Assembly (NCBI GenBank): GCA_963729045.1
Contig: CAVSMN010000001.1
Coordinates: 24,705 to 88,704 of the forward strand
Origin: an uncultured Nitrososphaeraceae archaeon
GTDB taxonomy: Archaea; Thermoproteota; Nitrososphaeria; Nitrososphaerales; Nitrososphaeraceae
Direction: 5' to 3'
DNA: 64,000 nucleotides
The stretch's first letter is position 1. Each line of letters starts with the position of its first letter. The position numbers and the translations under genes are program-made. This document shows positions 1 through 10,946 of the stretch, one piece after another. The notes under the pieces were generated by a model. The model did not search any database. It had not been told where the DNA came from and saw nothing but the letters and a program-made list of their open reading frames with translations.

Positions 1-328
1 TCTCAAATGTTTTAGATGTGGTTCAGAACTAGATTAACAGCAACTGGTTTTCTTATTAATAAAATATAATTTGATTCGTTTTACAGTATCTCCTAATAAA
101 CCTGCTAAAAAACCCCAGTAAGTGGCTAAAACTAACCTCACTCTCAAATCAGACGGAATTCAACCCCAGATTTTCATAGAAAAAATTAAAGACTATGATA
201 AAAATTCTGTTCTAACTAAAAGACGATCTTGGAAAAATAGAATTTCATTTCATTAATACTAACATCGAGTATCATAGTTGATCCAAGATTCATACGGAAC
301 TTGAAAAATTGTCAAAAAAATAAATTAA

Positions 329-538
329 TCAATAACGCGTTATCAAATTGGCCTCTTCTTTAAGTCTTAAAGAATGATGTCTTGATTTTCTCTTCCTTAA
401 TAATGAATTACAACAATAACATCTACGGGCATCAGAATAATATCTTATTCCGCACATGGAACATTTTGAATTAGCGCTATTATCTTTATAAGAGCCTTTT
501 ATAGGTTTTTCTTTCGCGCATTTACCTTTACAGGGCAT
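329..538 (-). CDS. Small Cys-rich putative zinc-binding protein (thaumarchaeal CxxxC...CxxC...CxCC family)
   Basis: 69 aa: CKGKC, CSMC, CYCC followed by a basic tail; same Cys spacing as 765..983. Confidence 0.7.
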   Translation of the reverse strand: MPCKGKCAKEKPIKGSYKDNSANSKCSMCGIRYYSDARRCYCCNSLLRKRKSRHHSLRLKEEANLITRY

Positions 539-764
539 AAGATGTAATGTTTCCCAACATTGATATCCTTTTCTTTTTATATTTCCTGTTTATTAGTCAT
601 GAGAAAGGTTGATGAAGAGATAACAACTACATTCTGACAATTCAAATTCTGAATGAAAAGTTGATTCTTTATATAATTATGATTTTGAAACATAGAGAAA
701 TGATTTTTAATTAAATTGACTAAAAGTGTGATGCCCTAGTTTATCATGGTTGTTGTTTACCAAA

Positions 765-983
765 TCATATTCTAGTAGCAAGTTTTAATAAACGTGATTT
801 ACACCGATTGTTATGAGGTTTTATCCTAAGAACATGGTCACAACAAGGACACCTCATTCCACTCCAATCCAAAAATAAATTACACTCTATACATCTTTTA
901 TGCCCCTCCGAATAATACCCTTTAGAATATTCGTCTTTGTAGGCCTTGTAAAGATGACATACATCCTTGCAAAACTTTCTCAA
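765..983 (-). CDS. Small Cys-rich putative zinc-binding protein, paralog of 329..538
   Basis: 72 aa: CKDVC, YSEGHKRCIEC, WSGMRCPCCDHVLRIKP. Confidence 0.75.
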   Translation of the reverse strand: MRKFCKDVCHLYKAYKDEYSKGYYSEGHKRCIECNLFLDWSGMRCPCCDHVLRIKPHNNRCKSRLLKLATRI

Positions 984-1026
984 TCCTTAGGAGTTCCAAT
1001 AAACATTACTGAATTTAAGGTTAAAA

Positions 1027-1961
1027 TTAAGCATTTTTTGACTGGGTATTTACTTTTGTTTCATTAACGGGTACGGTTTTAGGCTCCGAAAAGTGCTTAC
1101 ACATATCGATAAACTGTCTTTGCTTCTCTTGTAGATCATCATTTATTTTATCAACCGCCTTCATCAAATAGTGTTCCGACCCTGCTTGCTTAAGTAAACT
1201 TGTAGCAAAGTTAATACTATTGATGTCTTGAAGTATTCGGTGTATCTTGTTACAATTTTTTATGACGACGTTATCGGTATTTTGATATCCTCCACCCTCT
1301 TATATCAGATTGTTGTGGAAGATGAGTTAAAGTGTCCAGAGTTAATTTTAATTTCTCACATCTTTTTTGTAGTTTGAATATATTTTTTGCAACGTTATTA
1401 TTTTTAGGTACAATGATATTATCTGTATCAAACTTCATGACTTTCTTTCCAATTCCTTTTGTTAGTTTATCTACGTTAGAAGACAACTTTTTTGTTCTTT
1501 TATGTAAAGATTTGTCATCAAACGGCATATCAATTATGGGTAAATTAACAGATTCTATTTTTTGAATTATGTTATTTGATTTTGATAATAGATTTTGTTT
1601 TCTTACTTTAAGTATATTTTCAAAATTCTTTAGATAATTTTGGTCTCCACCTGATCCCTTTTTATTTAAAACCTCCTTGTCGATTAAATCATATGCTCTC
1701 AGCTCTCTTTCTATTTTTGATAATGATTTAGAGATCTGCCTCATTGTTTTAAGGCTTTTTTGATTTCTAATCTTCTTAGGAAAAACCAACTGGTTATATT
1801 CCAATTTTTTTATATCGTGGTTTAAATCGAAAAAATCTTTCTCAGTATTGGTTTTTAAATATGAATTACTTTTTACTCTTTATATCTGCGAAATTTTTTT
1901 GAAAATCTTCCATGTAAGGCTGAATTAGTTGTAAGGATGATGTAGTTGATTTGCTTGCCAT
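1027..1961 (-). CDS. Hypothetical basic helical/coiled-coil protein of about 310 aa, split by two +1 frameshifts
   Basis: MASKSTT.. (1961) joins the 1271..1804 frame after removing one A near 1870; after removing one G near 1295 it continues as GGYQNTDNVVIKNCNK...QSKNA* to 1027. Confidence 0.55.
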
Positions 1962-2680
1962 CGTTTTAATGTAACAATACTTATATTTATACATTATAGT
2001 TAATATAGATCTATATAGTTCCTTTATCATGTTTATATAAACACAATGAGAAAGTCTTGAAAATATGGATTTAGCATTGATAATTGAAAGTAACAACAGG
2101 GTGAGATGTCAGAGTGGTAGACATCATCATTAAAAACTACTCCCATTCTGTATAAAATAAAATAGGAACAAGAGATTAGAAGTTACTCTCGTTTTTGATT
2201 TAAATCTAAAAAATTTTATTTAAAGTTTTATGACTTATTTCGTCAACAATTCAGATTTTCATTATTTTTCTTTTTTAAGAATCTAGATGAATTGATCACA
2301 TGGTAAATGATTCTATTAACCAATAGATGATCTGATAGCTAATATCTAATAAGGTCGATCTATATACATTCGTTATAAAACACATATAATAAAAATTAGA
2401 AATAAAGGGTATAAATCGCCACTAAAGAATTGTATAAAAACCAGGATTAACCATATACGAAAGAGAGTAGTAGATTGGGTTTACTCCAATACCTGATCAA
2501 AGAAAGAAATGAGGAGATTTCTTAGCATAAAGGAGAAAATAACGATACTAATTCCTTCTAAGAAACTAGATGTATATAAGTAAATTGAAATGAAATCCAT
2601 TACCATCTTCATGGTCTACGGACATTATATTGAAACATGATAATAATGCCAGAAGTAAATAGTAATTAGACGAGAAAAAA

Positions 2681-2956
2681 ATGAAAAAAATGACTGACGG
2701 ATTAAATCTAAAAATATCCGAAATCCTGAATGAAAGTTATGTGGATATTCATGGACATGAAATAACATTTGAGAAAACAGGAAAGTTTGAATACACATCC
2801 GTATATAACATTAATTGCAATAGAAAATATGTTATTGATTTGTCACCAGCCACAGTATCAGTAAAGGAGATTACTATTCCAAGAGAAGATGTGGTATACA
2901 GCGATAATTATTACTCTAGTATAGACCAAAAACGCAAAACACAAATTTGTAATTAG
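2681..2956 (+). CDS. Hypothetical protein
   Basis: 91-aa ATG ORF with plausible composition; no recognised motif. Confidence 0.5.
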   Translation: MKKMTDGLNLKISEILNESYVDIHGHEITFEKTGKFEYTSVYNINCNRKYVIDLSPATVSVKEITIPREDVVYSDNYYSSIDQKRKTQICN

Positions 2957-3114
2957 TATATGAGAATAAATAGTGGAATATGACAACAGGTATTATTCTT
3001 TGAAATATCTATAAATAATACTTATAATCATAAAAACTTTAGAATCATGTAAAATTGTTAATTTATTAACTAACTTTGTACTTTTATAAAGTAAAGTATA
3101 GTAAAGTAGAGGAA

Positions 3115-3354
3115 TTAACCGTAAATATACTCAATCGCAATTGGTCCATTGAAATTATTCTGTTTTAATCTTTGTAATAATGTTTCAAGATCAATGTCAT
3201 TATCTAGATGTTCTTCATCTTTTATTGCAATAAATTGATTCTTATAATTTCTCTTAAAAACTTCATAATTTGAATAAATCCATTTGTAATTATCTTTTAA
3301 TTCTCTTAATTTATCAAGTTCAAAGTCCATGAGCATTTGTGGATTCATGTTCAT
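3115..3354 (-). CDS. DUF5678-like small protein
   Basis: WIYSNYEVFKRNYKNQFIAIKD...DIDLETLLQRL pattern; TATA-like element upstream. Confidence 0.6.
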   Translation of the reverse strand: MNMNPQMLMDFELDKLRELKDNYKWIYSNYEVFKRNYKNQFIAIKDEEHLDNDIDLETLLQRLKQNNFNGPIAIEYIYG

Positions 3355-3734
3355 ACATAGTTTCCATTTCTTATAGTTATGTTGTATATAGTCTATATCA
3401 ATATCAATATTTTACATATCTGATCTATTGACATTTAGATCAAAGAAATCCCACCTCTTCTTATGCATAGTTAACTCAGTCAATGTTTCAATTATTCTCT
3501 AGCGCAAACATCTGCATGGGATCCTGAGAACTCTTCTTGTAAATTTAGTTCGTGTGTAATATTGCAATATGCTACCAGGATGAATTGAGTACCTGTACTA
3601 AAATCACAATCTTAATTTGGAAGAATATGGTTAGTTTCGTTTTCAGATCATATGTTTTTGGAATAAACATTGTAAAATTCGATAAAAACCAAAATAATTA
3701 AGATATTTATTATGAGGGTGGATTATACACTAGT

Positions 3735-4046
3735 ATGACAAATGGTAGTAATAATAAAAAAAATGTAGATACTAGTAAAATCAAAAAGGAAAATAAGGAT
3801 GCGGTTGATTCTACAAAAAACAATAAAAAAAATGTAGATACTAGTAAAATCAAAAAGGAAAATAAGGATGCGGTTGATTCTACAAAAAAGGACAGTATAA
3901 GCCTATCAAGTTCTATTTTAACAGAATCAGACAATAAAGAAAAGGAACAGCTCTCGTATTACGAAAAAGAAGTTCTAAAGGAATTAAAAGGTATTAAAAA
4001 AGCATCCAAGAACATCCTCAAAAGTATAAAGAAATTCAGTAGTTAA
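3735..4046 (+). CDS. Hypothetical Lys-rich protein with an internal 23-aa duplication
   Basis: NNKKNVDTSKIKKENKDAVDSTK occurs twice. Confidence 0.55.
   Translation: MTNGSNNKKNVDTSKIKKENKDAVDSTKNNKKNVDTSKIKKENKDAVDSTKKDSISLSSSILTESDNKEKEQLSYYEKEVLKELKGIKKASKNILKSIKKFSS
3750..3887 (+). repeat. 69-bp tandem duplication (2 copies, in frame)
   Basis: aataaaaaaaatgtagatactagtaaaatcaaaaaggaaaataaggatgcggttgattctacaaaa is repeated. Confidence 0.95.
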
Positions 4047-4154
4047 TTAAATTTAAAGATGACGAGGTATCTACTCATCATTTTCTAAAACTACAAATAA
4101 ATGAGTTACTTTAAATTTGATTTATTAGAACAAGTCAACCTAACGTTAAAAATA

Positions 4155-4820
4155 CTACATTTTAAACGTCCTACTCAACATTATTAATTCTGGTCCAGTT
4201 GTTAGATTACCCACAATCAAAGATCGAGTGTTCCAAACAATCCCCGATGATAAATATGGAATACCGCCATTGATGGTTAAAGGCTCTACCTCTACCTTTA
4301 AAACTGATGAAATAGTTTCAACTTCTTTCTCTGTGGCCTTTGGATGTACCGCAGCACCATCATTTGTTGATACAATCATCGAACCAGTTTGATTGAAATC
4401 AGCAACAGACATGGTGTGAGATTCTATTCCTAAAACATCACATATTTGTTTGTCAAATTCATTCTTAAATAATGGAGACACAATTGCTCCTTTATCATTA
4501 GTGGATATTAGATTGCCTATAGCTGTCAATTTTGATTCTAGTTTGGACACATTCAATCCGGTTACTTGTTTTAGATGTAGTACCTCATCCTCTGACGCTG
4601 TTGAAGGCAGTAGCATCCCATTATTATTTAGGACCACCATAGGACCAATTATTCTATTTCCTGCTATAGAAACAAAAATTGGATCCACTTCTAAAATATC
4701 CGTTATTTTCTTTAACTTCGTCTCAGCATAACCATGTGGAAGTAATACTATTTTATCGTTAGATTTTGCAAATATACCTACATTAGGACTTTTATACAAG
4801 TCATACCTAAAAATACCCAA
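4155..4820 (-). CDS. eif6: Translation initiation factor aIF-6
   Basis: SPNVGIF, IGNLISTNDKGAIV, GSMIVSTNDGAAVHP, TINGG, TTGPEL motifs. Confidence 0.95.
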   Translation of the reverse strand: MGIFRYDLYKSPNVGIFAKSNDKIVLLPHGYAETKLKKITDILEVDPIFVSIAGNRIIGPMVVLNNNGMLLPSTASEDEVLHLKQVTGLNVSKLESKLTAIGNLISTNDKGAIVSPLFKNEFDKQICDVLGIESHTMSVADFNQTGSMIVSTNDGAAVHPKATEKEVETISSVLKVEVEPLTINGGIPYLSSGIVWNTRSLIVGNLTTGPELIMLSRTFKM

Positions 4821-4912
4821 ATAATTTAGAACATAGGTAGATTATCATATGAACCTATTGATTAAAATTTAATATAATAATAAATAGAAATGTAAAAAAT
4901 ACTAATTATAAT

Positions 4913-5566
4913 ATGGTAATAGAATTTAGCATGTCTATTAGGAAGGTCAACACTATAATTTTCGCATTACCATGTGTATTACTCTTGTTTTTGTTTAGTT
5001 GGTTCGGCCACAATAGCCTAATAGACACCACACAGGATCTCCCATTGTTTTCGGTGAATAAAGCATTAGCCCAAGAAACTTCCTGGTCAAATTATACAAC
5101 TGATGATAGCACACTAAGCATAGCATATCCGACAAATTGGAAGATTGTTGAAGATAAAAAGAATGACGAAAATCAGACCAATGACATAATAGTATTTCTA
5201 TCACCGAAAGAAAACCCTGAAGATCCCTTTCAAGAAAACATTGTCGTGAATATTTTGATTCCAAAAAATAACTTTACAATCAACGAAAGCATCAATACAC
5301 AAGATATAGTTCAGAAACTTGTAGACCAGAATCAGGGATTTAGATTTGACAATATATCCACCATACATATTGATAGCATAAACAAAACAGCTGATAGCAT
5401 AACATACAGCTTTGAAAATGCAGGTTTTTTGTTTAAAACTAAACAGATTTTTTTGACTATTAACAATAATATTTATATTTTTTCCCTTCTAACTGAGCAA
5501 AAGGAATTCGACAAATACGCATCAATTTTTGACAAGATGCTTATGAGCATTCATTTGTCAATCTAA
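4913..5566 (+). CDS. Secreted/membrane-anchored PsbP/DcrB-like protein
   Basis: N-terminal hydrophobic segment; YT..SIAYPTNW; C-terminal FDKMLMSI. Confidence 0.7.
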   Translation: MVIEFSMSIRKVNTIIFALPCVLLLFLFSWFGHNSLIDTTQDLPLFSVNKALAQETSWSNYTTDDSTLSIAYPTNWKIVEDKKNDENQTNDIIVFLSPKENPEDPFQENIVVNILIPKNNFTINESINTQDIVQKLVDQNQGFRFDNISTIHIDSINKTADSITYSFENAGFLFKTKQIFLTINNNIYIFSLLTEQKEFDKYASIFDKMLMSIHLSI

Positions 5567-5586
5567 AAAAAAGGCGTGGTGTTTTG

Positions 5587-5880
5587 CTAGTTTGTAATCT
5601 TGTCTAAACCGGTATAAATTTGGGTATCAAGAATATTTGTAAAACTAGCAGTCAAAACATCAGTCATTTTAGAAGTACTGGGGTTTGACCAAACAAAAGA
5701 GGTAGGATATTGATTTGAATCAGAAGTGGTATCAAGATTTTGTGCAGAAATAGGATGTAAAGATACAGAATTTTCATCAATATTTGCAGCAATACTGGTC
5801 TGTGAAATCGTCAAACTACTAACAACAATAATTGTCGACAGTATGATTAAAAGAGTCAATTTTGATGTAATTATTTTCAT
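5587..5880 (-). CDS. Hypothetical secreted protein
   Basis: Signal-peptide-like N-terminus. Confidence 0.55.
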   Translation of the reverse strand: MKIITSKLTLLIILSTIIVVSSLTISQTSIAANIDENSVSLHPISAQNLDTTSDSNQYPTSFVWSNPSTSKMTDVLTASFTNILDTQIYTGLDKITN

Positions 5881-6006
5881 ATCTTAAAAAATAGTAGTTA
5901 TATATCTTATAAGAAACTCTTCAATCGTTACAGTAATAAATTTAATTAGATTTACCCTTTGTAAAATCAACTATTTTTTTTTCTATAGTATTTTATCTGA
6001 ATGTTT

Positions 6007-6609
6007 TTATATCATACTTTCGGATTCTACAGAAACTTTATTTTTATCCTCATATTGCTTGATATGATTTTTAAGTTCTAGAGTTTTAGAAATTTCATCT
6101 AATCCATTTACCAAATAATTTTTTAATGTAGGGTCAATATCAAAATCAAAGACTTGAGAATTTATCTTAATTTGTTGTTGTATCAAATCTATTTCAAAGT
6201 TGTCGTTTATTTTGGAGGAAAAGAAATCTTCGATTGTATTCTTGTCCATTTTGATGACCAAAACACCATTTTTAGAACAATTATTGTAAAAAATATCTGC
6301 AAAAGATACCCCAAGGATTACTTTGAAGCCATAATCCTTAAGTGCCCATACCGCATGTTCTCTTGAGCTTCCTATACCAAAATTTTCACGCGTTAATAGA
6401 ATCTGTCTTCCACTATATAGAGGAGAGTTCAATACAAAATCCTTTAATGGTAAACCTTGTTTATCATAACGCCAATTAAAAAATAAATATTCACCGTATC
6501 CAGTTTTACCCAAAAGTTTTAAGAATTGTTTTGGAATAATTTGATCTGTATCAATATTCGCAATATCAAGCGGAACTACCTTACTTGTCAGATTCTTAAA
6601 AGGTTCCAT
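6007..6609 (-). CDS. leuD: 3-isopropylmalate dehydratase small subunit
   Basis: NIDTDQIIPKQFL, NFGIGSSREHAVWAL, SFADIFYNN; start taken at MEPFK. Confidence 0.96.
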   Translation of the reverse strand: MEPFKNLTSKVVPLDIANIDTDQIIPKQFLKLLGKTGYGEYLFFNWRYDKQGLPLKDFVLNSPLYSGRQILLTRENFGIGSSREHAVWALKDYGFKVILGVSFADIFYNNCSKNGVLVIKMDKNTIEDFFSSKINDNFEIDLIQQQIKINSQVFDFDIDPTLKNYLVNGLDEISKTLELKNHIKQYEDKNKVSVESESMI

Positions 6610-6646
6610 AAATACACCTGTAATTTTTATCTGTAATAAATCAAAC

Positions 6647-8062
6647 TTAAACCCATTCTCTAACATCAACAAACTTTCCGGCTATTGCAGCGGCCGCAGC
6701 CATCAAAGGACTAACAAGGTGAGTACGTCCCCCTGTACCTTGGCGTCCTTCGAAATTTCTATTGGAAGTGCTAGCACACCTTTCACCTGCTTGAAGTATA
6801 TCAGGATTCATTCCTAAGCACATACTACAGCCAGGCTCTCTCCATTCAAAACCAGCATTCATAAAAATTTTATCCAATCCCAATTTTTCGGCAGCAATTT
6901 TTACCTGTTGTGATCCCGGAACGACCATTGCTTTAACATTAGAAGATACTTTTTTCCCTTTCACTGCATTAGAAGCTTCGATTAAATCTTCTAATCTTGC
7001 ATTTGTGCAAGAACCGATAAAAACTCGATCCACTGAAATATCAGTAATTGGTAAACCCGGTTTCAAATTCATGTATTCGAGGGCCTTAATAGCAGATTTT
7101 TTTTCATCATCATTTCCTTTAGAATATTCATCAGGAGAGGGAATTGCAGAGTCCACATCGATAGTCATAGCTGGATTAGTACCCCAAGTAACTTGAGGAG
7201 CAAGATTATCGATATCAATAGAGAAAGTCTTATCGTATTGCGCTCCGTTATCAGATCGGAGATTCTTCCAATTGTCTATTTGTTGATCAAATAATTCATT
7301 TTTGGGAGAATAGACTCTTCCCCTTAAATATTCAAAAGTAATTTCATCTGGAGCAACAAGACCCGCTCGAGCACCTGCTTCGATAGACATATTACAAATA
7401 GTCATGCGTTTTTCCATTGTGAGGGATGAAATGTAGTTTCCCTTGTATTCAATCACTGATCCTGAACCACCAGATGTACCTATTTTTCTAATAATGTTTA
7501 ATATAACATCTTTAGACGATATAGCCTGGTTTTGCTTTAAACCGCCATTCAAAACTATTTCAAAATTTTTTGACTTTTTCATCCATAGACATTGAGTAGC
7601 CAATACATGTTCTACTTCACTGGTACCTATACCAAAAGCCAGGGATCCGAATGCCCCATGAGTGGAGGTATGGCTATCGCCACAAACAATCGTACTACCG
7701 GGAAGTGTCAATCCCAATTCTGGACCGATTACATGAACTATCCCTTGATACTTATCATGAATATCAAAAAGTCTTATTCCGAATTCTTTACAATTATTTT
7801 TTAATGCTTGTATTTGTAATGATGAGATTTGATCCACAATGGGCAAGGATCTGTTAGTAGTGGGAACGTTATGATCTACAGTAGCAAAAGTAAGATCGGG
7901 TCTTCTAACATTTCTCTCATTAATCCTAAGGCCATCAAAAGCTTGAGGCGAAGTTACTTCATGCACATAATGCCTATCAATGTATAAAAGGGACAAATTA
8001 CTACTTTCATCAGAATATACTACGTGATTATCCCAAATCTTGTCGTATAGAGTTTGTGCCAA
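6647..8062 (-). CDS. leuC: 3-isopropylmalate dehydratase large subunit
   Basis: [40 protein letters not shown]. Confidence 0.98.
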   Translation of the reverse strand: MAQTLYDKIWDNHVVYSDESSNLSLLYIDRHYVHEVTSPQAFDGLRINERNVRRPDLTFATVDHNVPTTNRSLPIVDQISSLQIQALKNNCKEFGIRLFDIHDKYQGIVHVIGPELGLTLPGSTIVCGDSHTSTHGAFGSLAFGIGTSEVEHVLATQCLWMKKSKNFEIVLNGGLKQNQAISSKDVILNIIRKIGTSGGSGSVIEYKGNYISSLTMEKRMTICNMSIEAGARAGLVAPDEITFEYLRGRVYSPKNELFDQQIDNWKNLRSDNGAQYDKTFSIDIDNLAPQVTWGTNPAMTIDVDSAIPSPDEYSKGNDDEKKSAIKALEYMNLKPGLPITDISVDRVFIGSCTNARLEDLIEASNAVKGKKVSSNVKAMVVPGSQQVKIAAEKLGLDKIFMNAGFEWREPGCSMCLGMNPDILQAGERCASTSNRNFEGRQGTGGRTHLVSPLMAAAAAIAGKFVDVREWV

Positions 8063-8160
8063 CTATAATATATAATAACAAAACGACTATAATAATAATT
8101 ATTTTATAATTAATTGAGAATTAACAATGCTTAAATGTAGTCTTTTATCATTTGATATAA

Positions 8161-8823
8161 ATGCATGTTAATGATGATCGATATCCTCAACAAATTTTAG
8201 ATCAGATTAAAAAGGGAACAACTACTTGTGCTCTTACCTGTAGTGATGGTGTAGTATTAGCTGCAGATACAAGAGCAAGTGCAGGATTATTTATTGCAGA
8301 TAGGCATGTAATGAAAATACAAAAAGTGGATAATCATTTAGGTATGACAATTGCAGGTGGTGTTGCAGACGCCCAAAATCTAGTTGATACAATGAGATAC
8401 AACTCAAATATATACAGATTATCTAAAAAAGAGCCAATTCCAGTCAGTTCCGCTGCAAGACTATGCTCTAACATTCTATTTAATCAAAGATATTTTCCCT
8501 TTTATGTTCAAATTATCATGGGAGGATTTGATTTTCGTCAGCAAAAAGGACAAATTTATAATATAGATTTATTCGGTTCGATGACTACAGAAAGTTTTAT
8601 TTCAACTGGTAGTGGGTCCCCTGTTGCATATGGATATTTAGAGTCAGAATTTAAGGAAGGAATGAGCGTAAATGAAGCTTATAAAGTAGCAATTCAAGCC
8701 ATTGCCGCAGCAATTAGAAGAAATGCAGGTACTGGAGACAGCATAAATGCAGTAATAATAGATAAAAATGGATATACAGAATTATCTAAAGAAATTAAAG
8801 ATAGCGTCGGCGCTAAATTTTAA
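8161..8823 (+). CDS. psmB: Proteasome beta subunit
   Basis: Propeptide then G|TTT, AADTRAS, GSGS. Confidence 0.96.
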   Translation: MHVNDDRYPQQILDQIKKGTTTCALTCSDGVVLAADTRASAGLFIADRHVMKIQKVDNHLGMTIAGGVADAQNLVDTMRYNSNIYRLSKKEPIPVSSAARLCSNILFNQRYFPFYVQIIMGGFDFRQQKGQIYNIDLFGSMTTESFISTGSGSPVAYGYLESEFKEGMSVNEAYKVAIQAIAAAIRRNAGTGDSINAVIIDKNGYTELSKEIKDSVGAKF

Positions 8824-8887
8824 TCATTTTATTATAATATAGTCATAAAATAAAAACAAAAACAAAAATCATTAAATTTATTCTAAC

Positions 8888-10474
8888 TTAATCTAATTTA
8901 TAACCAATAAAATCTTCAATTATGACTTCGGTCTCCTTTGGGAGTTCAATAATAGGTAGCAATTTTTTAATGAACTTATTAGCAATTATATGAATTGATT
9001 TAAAAGTATTATTTTTTAGGAAGGAGTTTAATAATTTCAGGAATTCAGTATAACTTTTAGGATCATATTCGTCAAAGTGTTTTGTAAATATATTATGAGA
9101 TGTTGGATAAATATCTGATATTTCAACCGGAATCAAGCCAAAAAAAGGATTATAAAGACAAATTGAAGCCTCCGGAAAAGTACTGGAAAGTTTTCGTAAT
9201 ACAGAGGAGGAATAAAAAGGTCTTATCCCCTGATCTGGATATAAAAGTAAGATATTATTATTGGGAGATTTGTAGTTATCAATTAGCATATTGCGATAAT
9301 TTTTTAGTTCTGGTCTAAACTGATCTATTGGTTCAAACAAATAGATTGCTTTTTGCTTAAAGACCGGAGTATTTTGTTGAATATATTCAAAATTCTTAAT
9401 TGTATGAATTGCATCCATTAATTTGGGATGAGATCTTGCTTTTTGCAGCACGTATTCCCAAAGCCTACCATCGTAAATTGATTGCTTTACTGCAGACATC
9501 TCCTGTTTTAGAACATACAAATTATGTTTAGCAAGATTAATAATTCTGGTTTGTGGGATTTCATCGATCAATTCTTTAACTGAATAATCGCAGCAAACAG
9601 GACAGCAGCATGGCAAATACGAGAGATCTTCTAATCTCAGTGTTCCTGAAGAACTCATATAACGATTAGCTTTTGCATACAAGATATACGATGCAGAATC
9701 AAATGTATCGCAACCTAATGCAACAGCAAGAGGTATTGTTAATGGATGACCTGCACCAAATAAATGGATAGGTTTGTTTGGTATAGATAATTTGGTAGCT
9801 TCTATAAGTCGAGCAAGTGTAGAAAACTCATAAGCTTCCATCAGTTCAACCGGGCTACCAATTGCAAAAAATGAAAAACCCTTTTTATCTAAGAGTGAGG
9901 CGGAATACCGTACCAGATCAAAATGCTCAGCTCCCTGAATTGTTCCAGTCCATATTTCACCTTTTGATGATAAAATATCATCATTGCTATTATCCCCATT
10001 CTGGTCAGTTCTATTTTTTCGTATGACATCGATTGTTTCATCTATATTTGAAATAGTTTCATTTACATAGGATTTTGCCGTATTATAAGGCAAACCATAG
10101 CCTGTTGGTTTATCTAATGGAACGGGAATATCACTACCAATATCAAGTTCAAATTGGGCCATTATTGAAGGTGTTACGTTGACTTTACCGTATTCGAGCA
10201 CTTGGTAACCTCCTGAATCTGTCATGATAGGACCGTCAAAATTAACGATTTGATGAATTCCCTGTTTTTCGGCCTTTTCACCATAAAATTTGAAAGCGAT
10301 ATAGGCATTTGTTATTATACATTCAAAGCCAAGACTTTTTAAAAAACTTGGGCTGATTTGTTGTTTGACTGGATGAATTACAGGTATAAACGACGGAGTT
10401 TCAAAAGAACCATGAGGAGTGGTTAATTTACCGATCCGAGCAGCTAAATCAGTACATTTCACCTCAAATACCAA
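8888..10474 (-). CDS. tgtA: tRNA-guanine(15) transglycosylase (archaeosine synthesis)
   Basis: MTDSGGYQ, HLFGAGHP, GCDTFDSASY, CxCxxC...H zinc site. Confidence 0.95.
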   Translation of the reverse strand: MVFEVKCTDLAARIGKLTTPHGSFETPSFIPVIHPVKQQISPSFLKSLGFECIITNAYIAFKFYGEKAEKQGIHQIVNFDGPIMTDSGGYQVLEYGKVNVTPSIMAQFELDIGSDIPVPLDKPTGYGLPYNTAKSYVNETISNIDETIDVIRKNRTDQNGDNSNDDILSSKGEIWTGTIQGAEHFDLVRYSASLLDKKGFSFFAIGSPVELMEAYEFSTLARLIEATKLSIPNKPIHLFGAGHPLTIPLAVALGCDTFDSASYILYAKANRYMSSSGTLRLEDLSYLPCCCPVCCDYSVKELIDEIPQTRIINLAKHNLYVLKQEMSAVKQSIYDGRLWEYVLQKARSHPKLMDAIHTIKNFEYIQQNTPVFKQKAIYLFEPIDQFRPELKNYRNMLIDNYKSPNNNILLLYPDQGIRPFYSSSVLRKLSSTFPEASICLYNPFFGLIPVEISDIYPTSHNIFTKHFDEYDPKSYTEFLKLLNSFLKNNTFKSIHIIANKFIKKLLPIIELPKETEVIIEDFIGYKLD

Positions 10475-10476
10475 GA

Positions 10477-10890
10477 TTAATTCTTGGACTCCCTAAGGAA
10501 TTCATCGTAAATCGCTTTTACACGTGAAGCAGCCAAACCAGATCCTTCCTCGATTCCAGATTCGGTCACCTTAATTTTGTCCATTACAATGATTGCACCT
10601 ACGTCCTCTCGAATCTTTACTAATCCAGGGAATACTCTTGACAACCTTTCAGAAAGAGCTTTCAAATCAAATGGCCTCTCTAAGAGCTTTACCTCTTTAA
10701 CGAATAAACCGTTTATCATTAATTTTTGGATTTGTTGAGATTCTACATGGTCCAATATTAAGTCAAATTTTTCGTTTAAACCAGTCAAAATACCGGCATA
10801 AGTTTTATTGTCTGAAGTCTCAATTGAAACTTTTTTTCCTAAAAATTGTACACTTTCTTCAGCAAATCTTCTTGAAATTAAAGCAGACAT
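10477..10890 (-). CDS. Lsm-family RNA-binding protein with C-terminal extension (SmAP3 type)
   Basis: Sm fold plus FDLKAL...VMDKIKVTESG C-terminal domain; adjacent to tgtA. Confidence 0.85.
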   Translation of the reverse strand: MSALISRRFAEESVQFLGKKVSIETSDNKTYAGILTGLNEKFDLILDHVESQQIQKLMINGLFVKEVKLLERPFDLKALSERLSRVFPGLVKIREDVGAIIVMDKIKVTESGIEEGSGLAASRVKAIYDEFLRESKN

Positions 10891-10946
10891 TATCCTCTTG
10901 GATAATGTCTTAAGGTATATATATATGAAGTCAGTTCAAATTAGGT

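Noticed and set aside
2098..2150. GGGTGAGATGTCAGAGTGGTAGACATC resembles the 5' half of a tRNA and contains a GATGTC/GACATC hairpin
   Set aside because: No anticodon arm, no TTCGA T-loop and no acceptor-stem complement downstream
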